64,000 nucleotides of DNA from Mytilus edulis (lineage: Eukaryota). The notes under the pieces are model-generated. The model did no database searches and was not told where the DNA came from. It saw nothing but the letters and a program-made list of their open reading frames with translations. This document shows positions 1 through 14,800 of the stretch, in pieces (positions within the stretch are counted from its first letter, which is position 1; the number at the start of each line of letters is the position of its first letter). The stretch lies in contig NC_092350.1 of the NCBI RefSeq assembly GCF_963676685.1, forward strand, positions 35,216,001 through 35,280,000, in the 5' to 3' direction. The position numbers were made by a program, and so were the translations under genes.

Positions 1-615
1 TAATCTTTTACGGTTGCGAAGGAGTTGTGGACACAAGGAAAACAGTGTTTGGGGAGATAACTTCTACAAAGAAAAGTATTCGGTTACGCAGGGTAAATTT
101 CAAAAGTGCATAAACTGTTCGATATCATATACCAAATATCTAAGCGACATATTGCGAAACAAATGTTTATCGCAAGAACAAAATTTGGCGGAAGAAAAAA
201 AAAAATTAAAAACCAATTGTTCAGAGAACAATTGAAGGTCTTTCCACCTTACACTATTGTGAAGTTGGGTTGCATTCTACAGGAAGGAACAGCTGACAGT
301 ATCATTTGTGAACGCATTTTTAAAATAAATGGTCTAAAAATCTTTTCTTTGCCAGTTTCATAGCCCTATAATGAGCATGTAATAAGGTTATATGGTACAT
401 TACGATGTGGATGTCTCGTCCAGTATGAACGATCCCGAATTTTGGAATGACTATCATGAAAGAGGATATTAAGCAAATGAGGAAGTCTATAAATAAAATA
501 AAAAAGTCAGCTTGAAAATTACAGGAAAATCATAATTTCTTGTGTTGCTTTTTTTTTTAGACGATTTAAAAAAGAATATCCATTGATTCTGATTCTGTTA
601 AAATATACGATAAAC

Positions 616-758
616 AGAATAATTCATGGCAAAATCGGTATCACATGCATTATCACCACTCGACCAATATCAACGCTCGGGACCTTCGGCACTCAGGACT
701 GATATTGGTTCCTCGTGGTGATACAGCATGTGATACGGATTTTGCCATGTATTATTCT
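616..758. repeat. Imperfect palindromic MITE-like element
   Basis: AGAATAATTCATGGCAAAATCGGTATCACATGC is mirrored by GCATGTGATACGGATTTTGCCATGTATTATTCT; inner arms ACCAATATCA / TGATATTGGT. Confidence 0.8.
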
Positions 759-2720
759 ATATATACAAATTATAAAACCAATATCTTCATGAATGACCAA
801 AATAAACATGGAAAACTGATTTTTCATAACTTTGCACAAAATCATCAGACCGCAACAAAATTCGAAATTTTGATCAGCAACTTGTCATGATAAAACAATA
901 CACAAAATATCAAATCTATATCTTCAAGCATGAAGAAAAAAGTGGAAAACTGATTTGCCGGACTTATGGATGGACAGACAGACAGACAGACAGAATGCAA
1001 ACCTAAAGTCCTGTTTGACTTCGTCAATAGGGAACTAATAAATACTGGAGGAGTTGCATGACCACAAAAGAGATGAACATAAGTGTCAATTACTTATACA
1101 TGTGTCAACTGAAAGTTTATAAAATGTTTTAAGACAGAAATGCTCAATTAGGATGAGTAAAAACTCTTAGCAAAAGATTCCAAATTTCCAAAAAATTGTT
1201 TTGCAGTAAAATAAAAAAAATAATGAAATCGTGATCCTCAATCTTCATTTATCTTCTAATGAAGAAGCAATGTTTTAGTCTGAAATGATTTATAGTTCTA
1301 ATCATATTCTACAATACATCTGAAAATCATGAATATCATCTTTTTAAATTATTACTTTTACTTTTAAGTCTATTTTTTGCTAATATCCATTTGAATGGCT
1401 AGGTATTTATGCATCCCATTACTGTGTTATTGTGATATGGTGAATTTGTAATTTTTTCGTCTTTCATTATTGCTTATGTGCTTTGTCTATATGCCTTTTT
1501 CTGTTTTTATAGTGATTAATATGATATCACAAAGTTGACTGCTGTACATGGTGTACCCCTATTTTTGACATTTTTTACCTATTATGTCTGTTTGTTTTGT
1601 TCACCCATTGTTGTCAATATAATGGAATTTTATGCTAATGTCATACAACTGAGAGGTTAAACTAGCTATAAAACCAGGTTCAATCCACCATTTTACATAA
1701 GAAAATCCATTTACCAAATCAGGAATATGATACAGTTGTTATCCATTCTTTTGATGTGTTTGAGTTTTTCAGTTTGCTATTTCATTAGGAAATTTTCATT
1801 TTTAAACTTTCTTAGAAGTTGGGTAATTTTGTTATTTAACTTTAAACTGATTATATTGAGTTCTAATATACTTAGCTAGCAATGTTTTGTTATGATATAT
1901 AGTTCTCATCATGTTCTACAATACCATCAAAATCATAATACAAAATGAAACTGTATGAATTTCTGATATGAACGATTTTCATCCTTTACCAATCTTATCT
2001 TTTTTACTGTTCATATCTTGCTTTGTCCCACTACAAGAAACATGCAAAGTTGGATCCCAACAAAACAATACAAAGTGTTCAATAGCACCATTTATTGGTA
2101 AAAGTAATGATTACCCAATTATGACAGATTATAAAATTAGTGTATCTACAAATCAGATACATCTCAGATGTCACTGAATGATTTAAAATATTGATATATT
2201 TCTGTCATAATAATGCTGAAATAATATACATGTATATGTTAGCCACATTATAAGGTTCACATCTCAAGAACTATGTTTTTATTAGTTATAACCATGAAGG
2301 TTAAAAATGTTTTCAAAAGTGATGCTGCAATAAATAAGATTACATGATACCTTAATTATGTTTATGACGTTACAATCGCATTGCCATTTATTGTATAGAG
2401 CATTTCACAATCAATTTCAATCTCTAGGTAGCTTAAACTCCTGTTGAAACATTTTTTTTCTAGCTAGCTTATTTGAATGTAGTATCAATTTTGGAAATTT
2501 ACTCCAAAGTAATTTAATAAATAACTTTTATGTTTTTAAGGTTTCTTAGATATTTTTCAAATGAAAAAAATAAAAACAACACTTAATATTTTTGTTGACT
2601 GTACTTGTCATGTTTAGTAGACTACAGAATGAAATACTGTAAATTGGTTGTGTTCATGATCTTATGTTATTGTTAAACACTAAATGCTTATGTTTGCTTG
2701 AATCACTATATTATAAACTA

Positions 2721-3684
2721 AACTAGGTGCTCCGCAGGGCGCAGCTTTATACGACCCCAGTGGTTGAACCCTGAATAGTTGGGGCAAATTTGGTCACAAT
2801 ATTCAAGCTTGATTCTGTCTGAATTTGGATTGTGATCAAATTTTTGACATAATATAGGTTTTTGTCACAAAATTAATGTGGTCAAAGATCTAACAAATCC
2901 ATTGCACAATACTGTGCAATTGAAGATTTCTTCTTGAAACTTCTTTGAAAAAAAAGGAAGCCCTTCAAAAAATGGTTAACAAAAAATCCCCCAAACTTTT
3001 TGAACCCCCCTTGGAGCAATAACCCTTAAACTCAATCCCATGCTTTCCATTGCAGTATTGAACCTTGTAGTACAATTTCAGAGAGATCCATACCCTTAAA
3101 CACAAGTTATTGTCATGATTGTTTGGAAACTAGAATCATGCTTCTTTTTGGCCCTTTTTTGGCCCCTAATTCCTACATATTTTGGGCAATTAACCCAAAA
3201 CTTAATCCCAGCCTCCCCTTTGTTATATGGTACATTGTGGTACAATTTCAGAGAGATTCATACAATTACACATAAGTTATTGTCTTGAAACTAGAAAAAA
3301 GCTTGTTTTTACCCCTTTTTTGCCCTTAATTCCTAAACTTTGGCTCCATAACCCCTAAAATGAATCCAAACCTTCTACTTGTGGTTTTAAACATTGCGGT
3401 ATGATTTTAGAGCAATTGAAATACTTCTACACAAGTTATTATCCTGAAACTAGAAAAATGCTTGTTTTGGGCCCCTAATTCCTAATCAGTTGGGACCATC
3501 ATCCCCAAAATCAATCCCAACCTTCCTTTTGAGGTATTGAACTTTCTGAAAAAAATTTCATGAAGATCTATTTACTTAAACTAAAGTTATTATCCGGAAA
3601 CCAATGTGTCTTTGGACGACGACGACGCAGACCACGACATCATACCAATATACTATCCCAAAATTTTTTTGGGGTTGTATAAAA
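2721..3684 (+). mobile_element. Helentron/HINE-like non-autonomous element
   Basis: 5' box TGCTCCGCAGGGCGCAGCTTTATACGAC is shared with 7526 and 24371. Internal ~155-160-bp tandem units, (GAC)n microsatellite and a short terminal palindrome. Confidence 0.65.
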
Positions 3685-5862
3685 ATGAGTCCATAAAATC
3701 AGCTTGGAGAACGGACCTCATTTCATAATACTTTAGGAGAAAACATGTTTGTAGGTTATAAACAATTCAGTATAGCTCACGAAATTTTGTTTTTTTGTAA
3801 AACAGCCATTGATAATTACTTAACACAACCTAAGACATAAACTAAAACTTGTTTAATCAAGTTGATGAGACACACAATTCTATTTCAATTATTTTATAAG
3901 ATCTTTGTATTATGTGAAGAGAAACTGATAAGATAACTGTTCTACTACATTTGTAACTGGTTCAACTTGATATGAAAATGAATGAAAGATTCATACATGC
4001 AAATAAAAATTAAAAAAATGTCTAATACAAAATCAGACAAATTGTACATAACATTATATCACAGAAATATAAACAACCTTTTTCTACACAAACTTTTGGT
4101 TTTTCTACAGCTCCAAGAAAACTCAATTTACATCCATAATAGCACTGTTTGTTTTAAACAAAATGTAACATGAGCTACGTTTCAATAATTTAAACCCTTT
4201 CTTTTTTAGTGAAAAGTAATAAATATGCCAAACAATTTGGAAGCCCAACAAACCTTAAAGGTATGAAGCTTTGTTAAAAATATAAAGAAATCTTATATGT
4301 AGTTGCTTAGACAAATGTATTGCTGACAGATCTAAGGTAGGACTGACTCATTTGGAACAGAGTTAGTATAACATCAAAATGAGAATTATAATCAGTTTGG
4401 TTTGTATAGAGTACCATTTTGGCAGATTATAATTTTATCTTGTCAATCATTTATTATCAAATGTCAATAAAACATCTGACTGGATATTAACTATGACTAC
4501 TATTTAAAAGATGTGGGGTTAACAACAATGGCGCAGCATTACATTGTAGATGCAAGTTACAAAATCTAAACAAAACATATATTACTCAGAATTATGATAG
4601 CATAATGTCCAGTGGGAGGTTACTCGGAAGTAGAAGAAAGAATGTTAATCATCTTGTACACAACTTTGTGTTCTGTATTTATTTGCTTCATCAAGGTTTC
4701 CTTTAATTTAATAATACCTGCTGTGTTCCTACCTCAATTATGAATTTCTTTTCTTCATACAACAGTTTTATGGATGACCTTAGATGGAATTTTAAAATAT
4801 CAAGAATCTAAAATTAATACTATAAATCAGAAGAGCATAAGTTAAAGAACAAAATAAGCTAAAAATGTTGATAGGTTATGGAGCTACTGTCCAAGATGTT
4901 TGAGTTTTAAAAAATGGCGGGAAAAGGCTGACTCTAGCTTTTATCTTATATTTGCATTAATATTATTTGGGTCTCAAATCAAAAGAACCTGCTTAAATTT
5001 TGGTAATGTACCTTTTATGGGCTATTGAAGTCCTATTTGAAAAGAAAAATGGGTGTTATAGTGCAAAATATTTTACCCTGTATCGTAGGTAAAAAAAAAC
5101 ATGGAGTCTGAACATCTGACACAAATTCCTAAACCTCACCTAAAACATCCTTCAGAATCAATTGTACAGATCTATACCTATTGATATGCATACAAAGCAC
5201 TTAGTAATATCAAATATAACATATAATATAAATAAACACAGAAAAAGAGTCAAAAACACAGAAATATCAGTAAAATGACTAAAATGCAGAATTTAATGCA
5301 AAAACACAGTTAAAATTACACATTTATCATTCATAAATGCTTTCTCTTTATCTATATAATAGATAGTCTTTTTCACAAACACTTATTGCACTTTTATATT
5401 CAATCTATTTATATAATGAACAACCTTCACATTAATCAACTTTTAATCAAATGCTGCAATCACTTCTCTCCTATGAATCAATGGAATATGATTTGTATCA
5501 ATTAATGCTCGATGTTACACTTTTCTACTAAGTTTTTAGTATTACCTCTTCGTTGTAGATGTCGCAGCTACTTGCAACTAATTTTTTCAGAAGTATGCAG
5601 TTCTCAAAAAATGATCAGTTATACAAAAAATGTATTTTTCTTATTGACCTCCTCTATTATTAGTTACACCTACTTCATATTCAAAACTTTATAAATGATA
5701 TTTGTCTGGTCTGCCTTTGAAAAGGTTTTTTTAAAAGCTGCCTCTTGTTACAGTATAAACTAATGTTGGACTGTATTAATAAAACTGAAACTATGTATAT
5801 ATTCTTCCACATCTTTCCATTTTTTTCTTTCTATTTCACATTGGCTTCTACTTCTTATCAGG

Positions 5863-8800
5863 TCAATCATTTGACAGATATTTTAAAGCTTTCAGTCCAT
5901 GCTTCAGTGATAAATCTCGTTTGAATTCAGCTTTCAGCAATTTAAGACATCTGCAATTAAAAGCATAACAAAGTTTCAGCATTGTGTAGGTATATAACTT
6001 ATAAATAACATTTATATAAATACAATATAAAGATAGAAAAATTTCCAGATACCCAAACTAATTTGTTGCACATTTTGAAAACTTTGCTTTTCATCAGTGA
6101 GGCTCTAAATAAAACCTTCAAAATAGGCATGTAATTCAACTTTCTTAGTTAGTCACTATTCTGTAAGTCTGAAGTTTCTGCACTTTTTCTATCTCTGTCT
6201 AAGTTATGATATTCGCTTTGCAAAAAAATTACATTTTTTTTCAAATTATCATGATTTTTCTGGATACCTTAGATAAGGGCCAGTGGTAACTCTTGTTTGC
6301 CAGTTTCTTCAAAAACTTTTGAGAGCACTACAACCTTTTAATATATTTTTTTAAATATTTTTTTTATTCATTTTTATTGATTGTACCACTATGTCTATGT
6401 TCTATTCGTAGTCATAATTGCTATGTTTGTTGATAGGCAAAAACTTCAGATTTTGTTTTAATTCTAAACTTAATCCTTATTGTGGGTTAATGCATTTTAA
6501 ATTGCCAATTCAGTTATAATCTGTCACTTACCTTCTGTAGTTAGAACTTGATCTAAATTTAGCAATGTCAAAACTAGGAGCATGAGGCATGTGGATCATA
6601 AAAGCATTCGGTAAGACATAATACTCATATCTGTAAAAACAAATATATTTTTTAAGTCTCTAGAGCTTTTTTGTTCCTTCATTTCCAAACAAAATTAGGA
6701 AAACATAACTACAGCAATCAGGAAAAAAAACGGGAAAATTCAAAGTTATTGATTTGGTCTCAAGAAATTGTGCACCTATATATATAGCTAGCTAATTTGT
6801 CTTGCACCGGACAGATGATGAAACCGTACATGCATATGCAATAGTAAATAATGTATTTATTTATAAAATTGGTTCTCAACATAAAAACAGCCTAATAAAC
6901 AACTTTGAGGTCAGAGGTTAAGGTCACATGAAGGTGCTGATTCATGATGATATAAGACACTTAAAATAGTGCACCTTATCACTGTTCATGTCAAAATATA
7001 GAAAAGTTTGGCTTTAACAAGGTTGTATGAGAATCAAAAGAAAAAGAAATACTACTTAAACCTAGTAACAAATCATTTTTGTAGAGCGAATCTTGGATTT
7101 TTTAGGATGGAATTCCTTTACAACATACCCTAAAACATCTAACTCCATTATATGTGAGACTTTGTTCCATCCAAACCCAACAAATCTTTGGTCAAATTTT
7201 GGAATGTCTTTACCAACAACTATATAAGGTTCAAAATCATGGTTCCATTCCACCTGTAATTATAACAAGAGATAATACTACAACATAATTAATATCTGTA
7301 ATTCATTATTTCATAAAACTGGAATATTGAAGAATTTTCATAAAATAATCATTTATAGTAAAAATACATAATAGACTGACATTATGATATAGAAAAATTA
7401 TTTCTACATTGACCAGTTATATTACCTTGTAAGGTTGTGTAGAAATCCTCCATTTGGCATAATTAGTCTGTGCATGTCCTTTTGGCCACACATGAAATCT
7501 ATAAAATAAAAAGTAAATTACATGAAACCAGATGCTCCGCAGGGTGCAGCTTTATACGACCGCAGAGGTCGAACCCTGAACAGTTTAGGCATGTATGGAC
7601 ACAACATTTAAGCTTGATACAGCTCTGAATTTGGATTGTGATTAAATAGTTAACACAACATAGGTTTCTGACACAGAATGAATGTGGTCTAAGAACTTAA
7701 ACTTAAAAACCTAAAATCTTAAAAATTTTAAATTGGACATTTACCTATTATATATGGTCCAACATCCAAAATCTAAATACATGGTTAGATTCAGCATATC
7801 ATAGAACCCCAAGAATTCAATTTTTGATGAAATCAAATAATGTTCAATTTTAGACCCTTTAGACCTCAATGAGGACCAATTTGATAACTGGGCCCAAATA
7901 CTAAAAATCTAAATACATAGTTGGATTCAGCATATTGAAGAACCCCATATATTCAATTTTTGTTGAAATCAAACAAAGTTTAAATTTTTACCCTTTGGAC
8001 ATTAATGTTGGGACTAAAACTCCCAAAATCAATCTCAGCCTTCCTTTTGTGGTCATAGACCTTATGTTAAAATTTCATAGATTTCTTTTTACTTATACTA
8101 AATTTATTGTGCGAAACCCAAGAAAAATGCTTATTTTGGCCCTTGTTGGCCCCTAATTCCTAAACTGTTGGGACCAAAACACCCAAAATCAATCCCAATC
8201 TTCCTTTTATGGTCATAAACCTTGTGTTTAAATTTCATAGATTTCTATTAACTTTTACTAAAGTTAGAGTGCGAAAATCAAATGTCATCAGACGACGACA
8301 ACGACAACGACGAGGACGCCAACGTGATACCAATATACATGTACAACCAAAAAATCTCGACGGCTCAACAAAAATGAGGAAAAAAATATTCCTCTTGATG
8401 CTACTATATCTTTTGATTATAAGAAGCTTCTGTCCAATTTTGGTAAAAATCCAGGATAGATTATGAATATAATAAATGTTTAAAAAACTTTAAATGCAGA
8501 GTGTAAGTAATGTTAACAGGAAGAAAACCTGAGTCCATTTATGAGTAAAATACAGATAAACAGGAACAAAGTTTTAACAAAACTTCCTTCTAGATACTAC
8601 TTAGCTTTTGATCATAAACAAGCTCCTGTCCAAGTTTGGTACAAATCCAGGATAGTTTAAGAAAATTATTTAAATTTTTAAAACATTAAACACAGATTGA
8701 ATGTAAGTCCATTTAATGTAAAATACGGAAAAACAGGATTTTTTTAAAAATTTACTTCTGGATACTATCTTATGATCATAAACAAGCTTCTGTCCAAGTT

Positions 8801-11800
8801 TGGTAGAAATCCAGGATAGATCAAGAAAGTTATTAAAATTTCAAAAACTTAAACCACAGAGTGAATATTTGTGGATGACGCCGCTGACGTCAACCATTCG
8901 ACTACAGAAAGTAAGATCACTATGTCTCACTTTTTCAACAAAAATCGAAGGCTCAACAAAAATGAAAATCTGTAACACCTTTTAAATTGTAAAATATTCA
9001 TCCTTCAAAAGTTCTTAATATTTCAATAATTGGATGGCATAATAGCACTGTATATAATTCAGAGACTTCATTAATATCAAAAATAGCAGGCCCAATACAT
9101 GAGGCTTCAAGTAAAATTATCTAATCAAATATATTTAATTTATCTGAATTTTTAGGTTCAAATAAATTCATTTGATCTTTGAACTCTAATAATAATTCTC
9201 TAATTGTCATCATGGAGTGGACTTATGAGCATTTATCATTTTAGTATTAAATGTTGTGCAGGTGATCATTGGTCTCTGGCTATAAAACCTTCTTTTCCAT
9301 ATCATGAACAAACAAGAATGTGTCCCAAGTACATGGATGCCCAATTCACACTATTATTTTCCATGTTCAGTGGACTGAGAAAATGGGATAAAATTTCTAC
9401 TTTGGGATTAAAATTAGAAAGATTTTATAATAGGGAACATGTTTACTAAGTTTCAAGTTGATTGGACTTCAGCTTCATCAAAAACTACCTTGACTAAAAA
9501 CTTAAACCTGAAACTTGCGCTATCATTTTCTATGTTCAGTGAACCATGAAATTGAGACAAAAATTCTAATTTGGCATTAAAATTGGAAAGATCATATCAT
9601 AGGAAACATGTTTACTGAGTTTCGAGTTCATTGGACTTCAACTTCATCAAAGCCTACCTTGACCAAAAACTTTAACCTGAAGCGGGACAAACGGGCAAAC
9701 GTACGAACAGATGAACAAACCAACGAACTAACAAAAGGACGTTCAGACCAAAAAACATAATGGCCATAAATGGGGCATAAATACTATTTAACCCCAGGTA
9801 TCTATTAGCAGAACAATGTACATTCTCTGTAATACCACTGTTACCTGGTAATTATGTGTTGGCGTTAATGGCTAATGTGTGTGTGGACTTACCTAAATGT
9901 GAAAAGATCACCCATGTCTAGCTGTGTCAGTAATTCTGCTTTAGATTTAGGGAAGTCTATTCTGTATCTTTGTGTTTCAAATGCTGGAACAATTAATGCC
10001 TGTAAACAAAATCAAATTCTTGAATATGTTAAGAATATCAAACTTTTAAACAATTAATGCATTTATAAAACATCACGTATTGGAATAATTGAATGCCTGT
10101 GTAGGATATATAATGCAGATACAATAAAAGACTGCAAATTAAGATACAATGTTAAAAAAATATAAAATCTTAAAACAATTTAAAGAAAAAATGCTGGAAT
10201 AATTATAAAATGCCAGTAAAAAACATTTAATTTAAAATCTTTAAACAATAAAATGCATATCAAGTGCTGGAAAAAAATTTAAAAATGTAAAGAACATTGA
10301 ATAATGGAACAATTTGAAACTGCTTGAACAATAAAAGCATGTAAGTAACATCAATTGATGGAATAATTAAAGACCATTACAATCAAATTATTAAACAACA
10401 AAACCATGTAGACAAGAGAATGCTTCAACATTAATGAATAATATAAAAGTCCCATTGTCAACACATCATTTCTAATTTTGACTTTAAGCAGAAGACAGGC
10501 CAAATATTGAACTTTTATTTCGAAAATGCCTTGTAATAACAGATAGTTCAGAACTTGGACTTCAAAGACAATATAATAGTTTTGGTGTGTATTGTGAATT
10601 AGATGAAATTAAATATCCACAAACATGCATGTTTTCCTTCATCCAAGTAAATTGGTATCCAAGAAAATAAATGAACCCACAGTAGTATACAAACTAGAAC
10701 TTACTTTTTTGCTGTTTTCCATATCCATCAATGGTAAAGCCTTCTTTAAATATTCATACAATCCATGCATGGGTAGGAAATCCACATCTGACAGGAACAC
10801 ATATGGTGTATTGACTTGTTTTAAAGCTACATTACGTAAATAGTTTACTGGGTAATATTGCTGTAACAAAAATATAATATTAAAATTACATAAGAAGTAT
10901 TAAACACAGGCAAGAGTTGTGAACTGCATAAATCAATTTAACTTACTAAATATTTATAAGTCAGTCAATAGTCAGGATTAAATTCATGGTTGTATTTGTT
11001 TATATTTCAATGTTATTGACCAATAAGGAATTTTTGTAAAGGAAATCCTGGGTAATTACTGCTAAATTTATTTGTGAGTTGTTCAAGGTCTGTAAGGTTT
11101 AAAACTAATTACATAGTATAGATACTTAATGACGATATACTGACCTCTAGACAATTCTTTTATGTTTGTTTGTTGTGGGTTAGAAATACTGTCAAATGAT
11201 TTTTATAAAAATATGAGAAAATTATAAAATGGAAACTTAAGTAATCCTAGAAACAGAAATATATTCTAGCTTTTTTTGCATCAAGTCAGATGAAACTAAA
11301 ACAACAAATCTAAAATCCTTCAATTTCAAAAAGAACTTTATTTTTCCACTCCAACCAAGAACAATGTACAATATTTGTGAAATCCATAAAATAACATTGG
11401 AATTATTGTGTTACACAGAAAGTGTAGACTTTTGGCACACAGGTCACTATTTGACAATGGCCATAAGTTGATGGTGATCTTACCCCATCCCTATAAACTA
11501 CATGATATCCTATATTCTTTCTCTGCATCAATACTTCTGATTCCTGAGCATAACGTAAGAATTGTTGAGCCTCTGCGTCAGACATGTGAAGAGCTAGACT
11601 GATAGGACCTTCCCAATGTCTACAGATTGTCTCTAACATCTGAAGCCTGTCCATACTTAGTTGTGCCACTAATGTCACATCCCATTCTGTTGGTTGGTAA
11701 TCATAGTCAAGGTAATACAAATGTGTACGGTGTACAAGTATACGCTCTCTACGAAAATCATAACACTCATCATCTTCATTCAAAGCACTCAACTGTAAAA

Positions 11801-14800
11801 TAAAACTTGTTTAAACTTAGTTCATAAAAATCAAAGTTGTTGTAAGCAAAGACGGGTAAAGATTGTATTAATTTATCAGTGGGAAGTAAAATTAAATATT
11901 GTATTGAATAAATCATTGGTTGTAGTTACTTTAACTAAAAATTCTGGACAATGGGAGATAACTCCAATTTTTAAAGATGACTTAAACAATGACATCGTTT
12001 ATATTTTTAGAACAGATATTAGATTCCTGCACCTTGCAAAAGTTGTAGTTTTCTTGACAGATGTAACATTGTGTTATGACTTGAATATCTTAATAGCTAT
12101 TACATTGATAAAATTCTGGCAATGTTCATTGATAGCATGTATAGAATGTTAAGATCAATGCACTATCTTTTGTGTATCAAAAAAGGTAGTGATAAGCCTT
12201 GGAAGATTTAGATATCAAGTCAGTAACATAGGGTTTTGATTGCATTTCAATATATAAAGCAGACTTTCTAATATTTCATCTGACTATTATCATTTAAAAT
12301 TGCTCATTAAAGTAGATAATTAGGTGGGAGTGTCTTAAGACACTTTAAATTTCATTCCATGATGCATAAAATTTTACTTATTTAATCACTTTCTATTAAA
12401 ATGCTAATCATCAGATATGTTACCTGTTGTTCAATAGGGTTTTCTTGAGTGTTGTCACATCCAAACAATTCACGTCTCAATAGATTAGCATCATACTCCA
12501 GGAATGTAAGATATAAGTTGTGAAAAAATTCTAAATGTTTAATTTTGACTTTTAATTTCTTTGGTGAATTCCAGTGGATTATCTAAAAGAAAACATAAAT
12601 AGGTTTTATCGATATAATTAATTAGTAAGAAATTATTCTTGCCTGAGAATATTACCTCAATGGAGAGTTATATGTAATGAAATATCTTTGTAATTATTTG
12701 GTCATGAATATCTTATGATAAGTTCAGAAAACAAAATATAACAATTCCAATGTAAAAGTCATTCATTCAAATTTAACTAAACTTTTAATATTGCATGCAA
12801 GTATTATCTTTTAATTGTGCCTTACCTTGAGATCCGAGATTTCACTGTAACATTGTTCACTACGAGTGTTATCACTTAGTTGTACATTCCACTGACATGG
12901 TAACTGATACAGCAAATAGGGATGAAGTTTTAAAACTGTATTAAATATGTCCTGAAAATAACAATTGGTTTCAATTAAGACATGGTTTAGAACACAAAAT
13001 ATGGATAATCAAATTTCTAAGCAACAATTGTCCTTTATATGTATTGCAATTGCTGCATTTTTGAAAAATGTAGTTCATTGTAGATCATTGGCGCTATATA
13101 TTAATACTGCTTTTGCCCCAAATTACAGGTCAATTATAATTGGAACCATTTCAATATAATTTTTATCCTGAATACAAGGCTAAAAATCAGGGGTCATTCT
13201 ATAGCTTACAATAAAGCATGAGGTTTATACATTGTTGAAGGCCATACAGTGACCTATAGCTGATAACCTTCTACATCGTTTGGTCTCAGATGCAGAGTGG
13301 TCTCATTGGCCATCATACTACATTCTCGTATTTTTATATTGTATGTTGAAAAACAAGAACAAATGGATCTTATCGATGTACCCTATCATCAAATATAGAT
13401 ATATTATTTATACTAATGAAGTTATAATGGTGAAAATAAAATTTATAATTTTGGTGATACTGTTATTCAGAAATTATTGTGTGCATTTATTATTACAATT
13501 TTGTCATCTTTGACTAAAATACAATTTTGATTTTTGTGATAATGTGAAAAAGATTGTTTTATTAGCATAAAAAAATTCTAAATACGACTTTAAATTATTG
13601 CGATTATAACCCTGTTGCATTTTTTACAATAATAAACACATTGCAATAATTTCTAAGTTTTCAGAAATGAAAAATGGAATGCCAATTGCACTTAAGCAAG
13701 GCACAGCTAAGAGAGTTAATTTCATAATTTTTTTCTACAGTTATATTACTTAAGTTACATCTTCAAATGATTATACCCTCTATTTTAAATACATGTACAT
13801 AAAATACTGTCTTTTTTCAAATATTATTCGAGCAACCCTCATGTAAAACAAACTATGAGGAAAATTTGCTGTAATTAATTTTTATAACCAGTATTCATCT
13901 CAGAAATTTTATTCAAACTTCATGTATTGTCAGCAAGTAGCAGATCTTCATTTTTTTCCCCTCTTCTCATTTGTTGATAAATATCAACATGAAAACATGA
14001 ATATGCTTGCACACTTACCCATTGCGTGTTCAGTTAAAATTAACACAAAATTTGGGCAAAATCCTTATTTGGCATTAAATAATTTTAAAATTGTTACTAC
14101 TTTCTAGTGTCATGGTAAAATGGAAACTTAAAGCTGATATAGGAAAGAGACAAAGACTAAAACATAATGACCTAAAACCACTATGTACCGGTGTGTATGT
14201 ACTTTGAAATAAGCCACAGACTCCTACTTTTCTTATATTACCTGATCTGCTAATGAAGTATATAACATGGTTTGTAATTCTTCTTGTGCTATTTTATTCC
14301 ATAATTCCATCCATCCCATATCACGTAACTTTTGTAAATCAAGTAAGATAACTCCAGTATTGAAACCTCTACCCTGAAACATGTCAATGTATGGTCTTGT
14401 TATCTAATCGCCCTTATATTTAGGGGCGATATCTTTTTGCGCCAAAAAGTAACTCATTTGCGCCACAACTTAATTGCGCCAATACCTCTTTTGCGCCACC
14501 TAATTTTCAAAACTATAGGTATCATTTGCGCCAATACAATAATCATCTAATTGCGCCAATTTTATATTTTTTAATTTATATATAACAACTAAATGATTGA
14601 CTAGGTACCAACAGCAAAAAAATTCTCTGACATTGTACACTGAAATTTCAAATTAGCCTCGCATCCTAATAAAATAATACTGCTTGCTGGATCGTTACAC
14701 AATACAAACTCATCATCTTTGTTTGTAACAATACCAATATCATCCAATAATTCTGCTCGATTTTTAAATTAAGCCGGACGCAGTTTTCTTCTCTCTCTAT

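Noticed and set aside
14-5700. Short ORFs of 60-85 aa
   Set aside because: No recognisable domains or consistent splice pattern; typical of AT-rich repeat or 3' flanking sequence.
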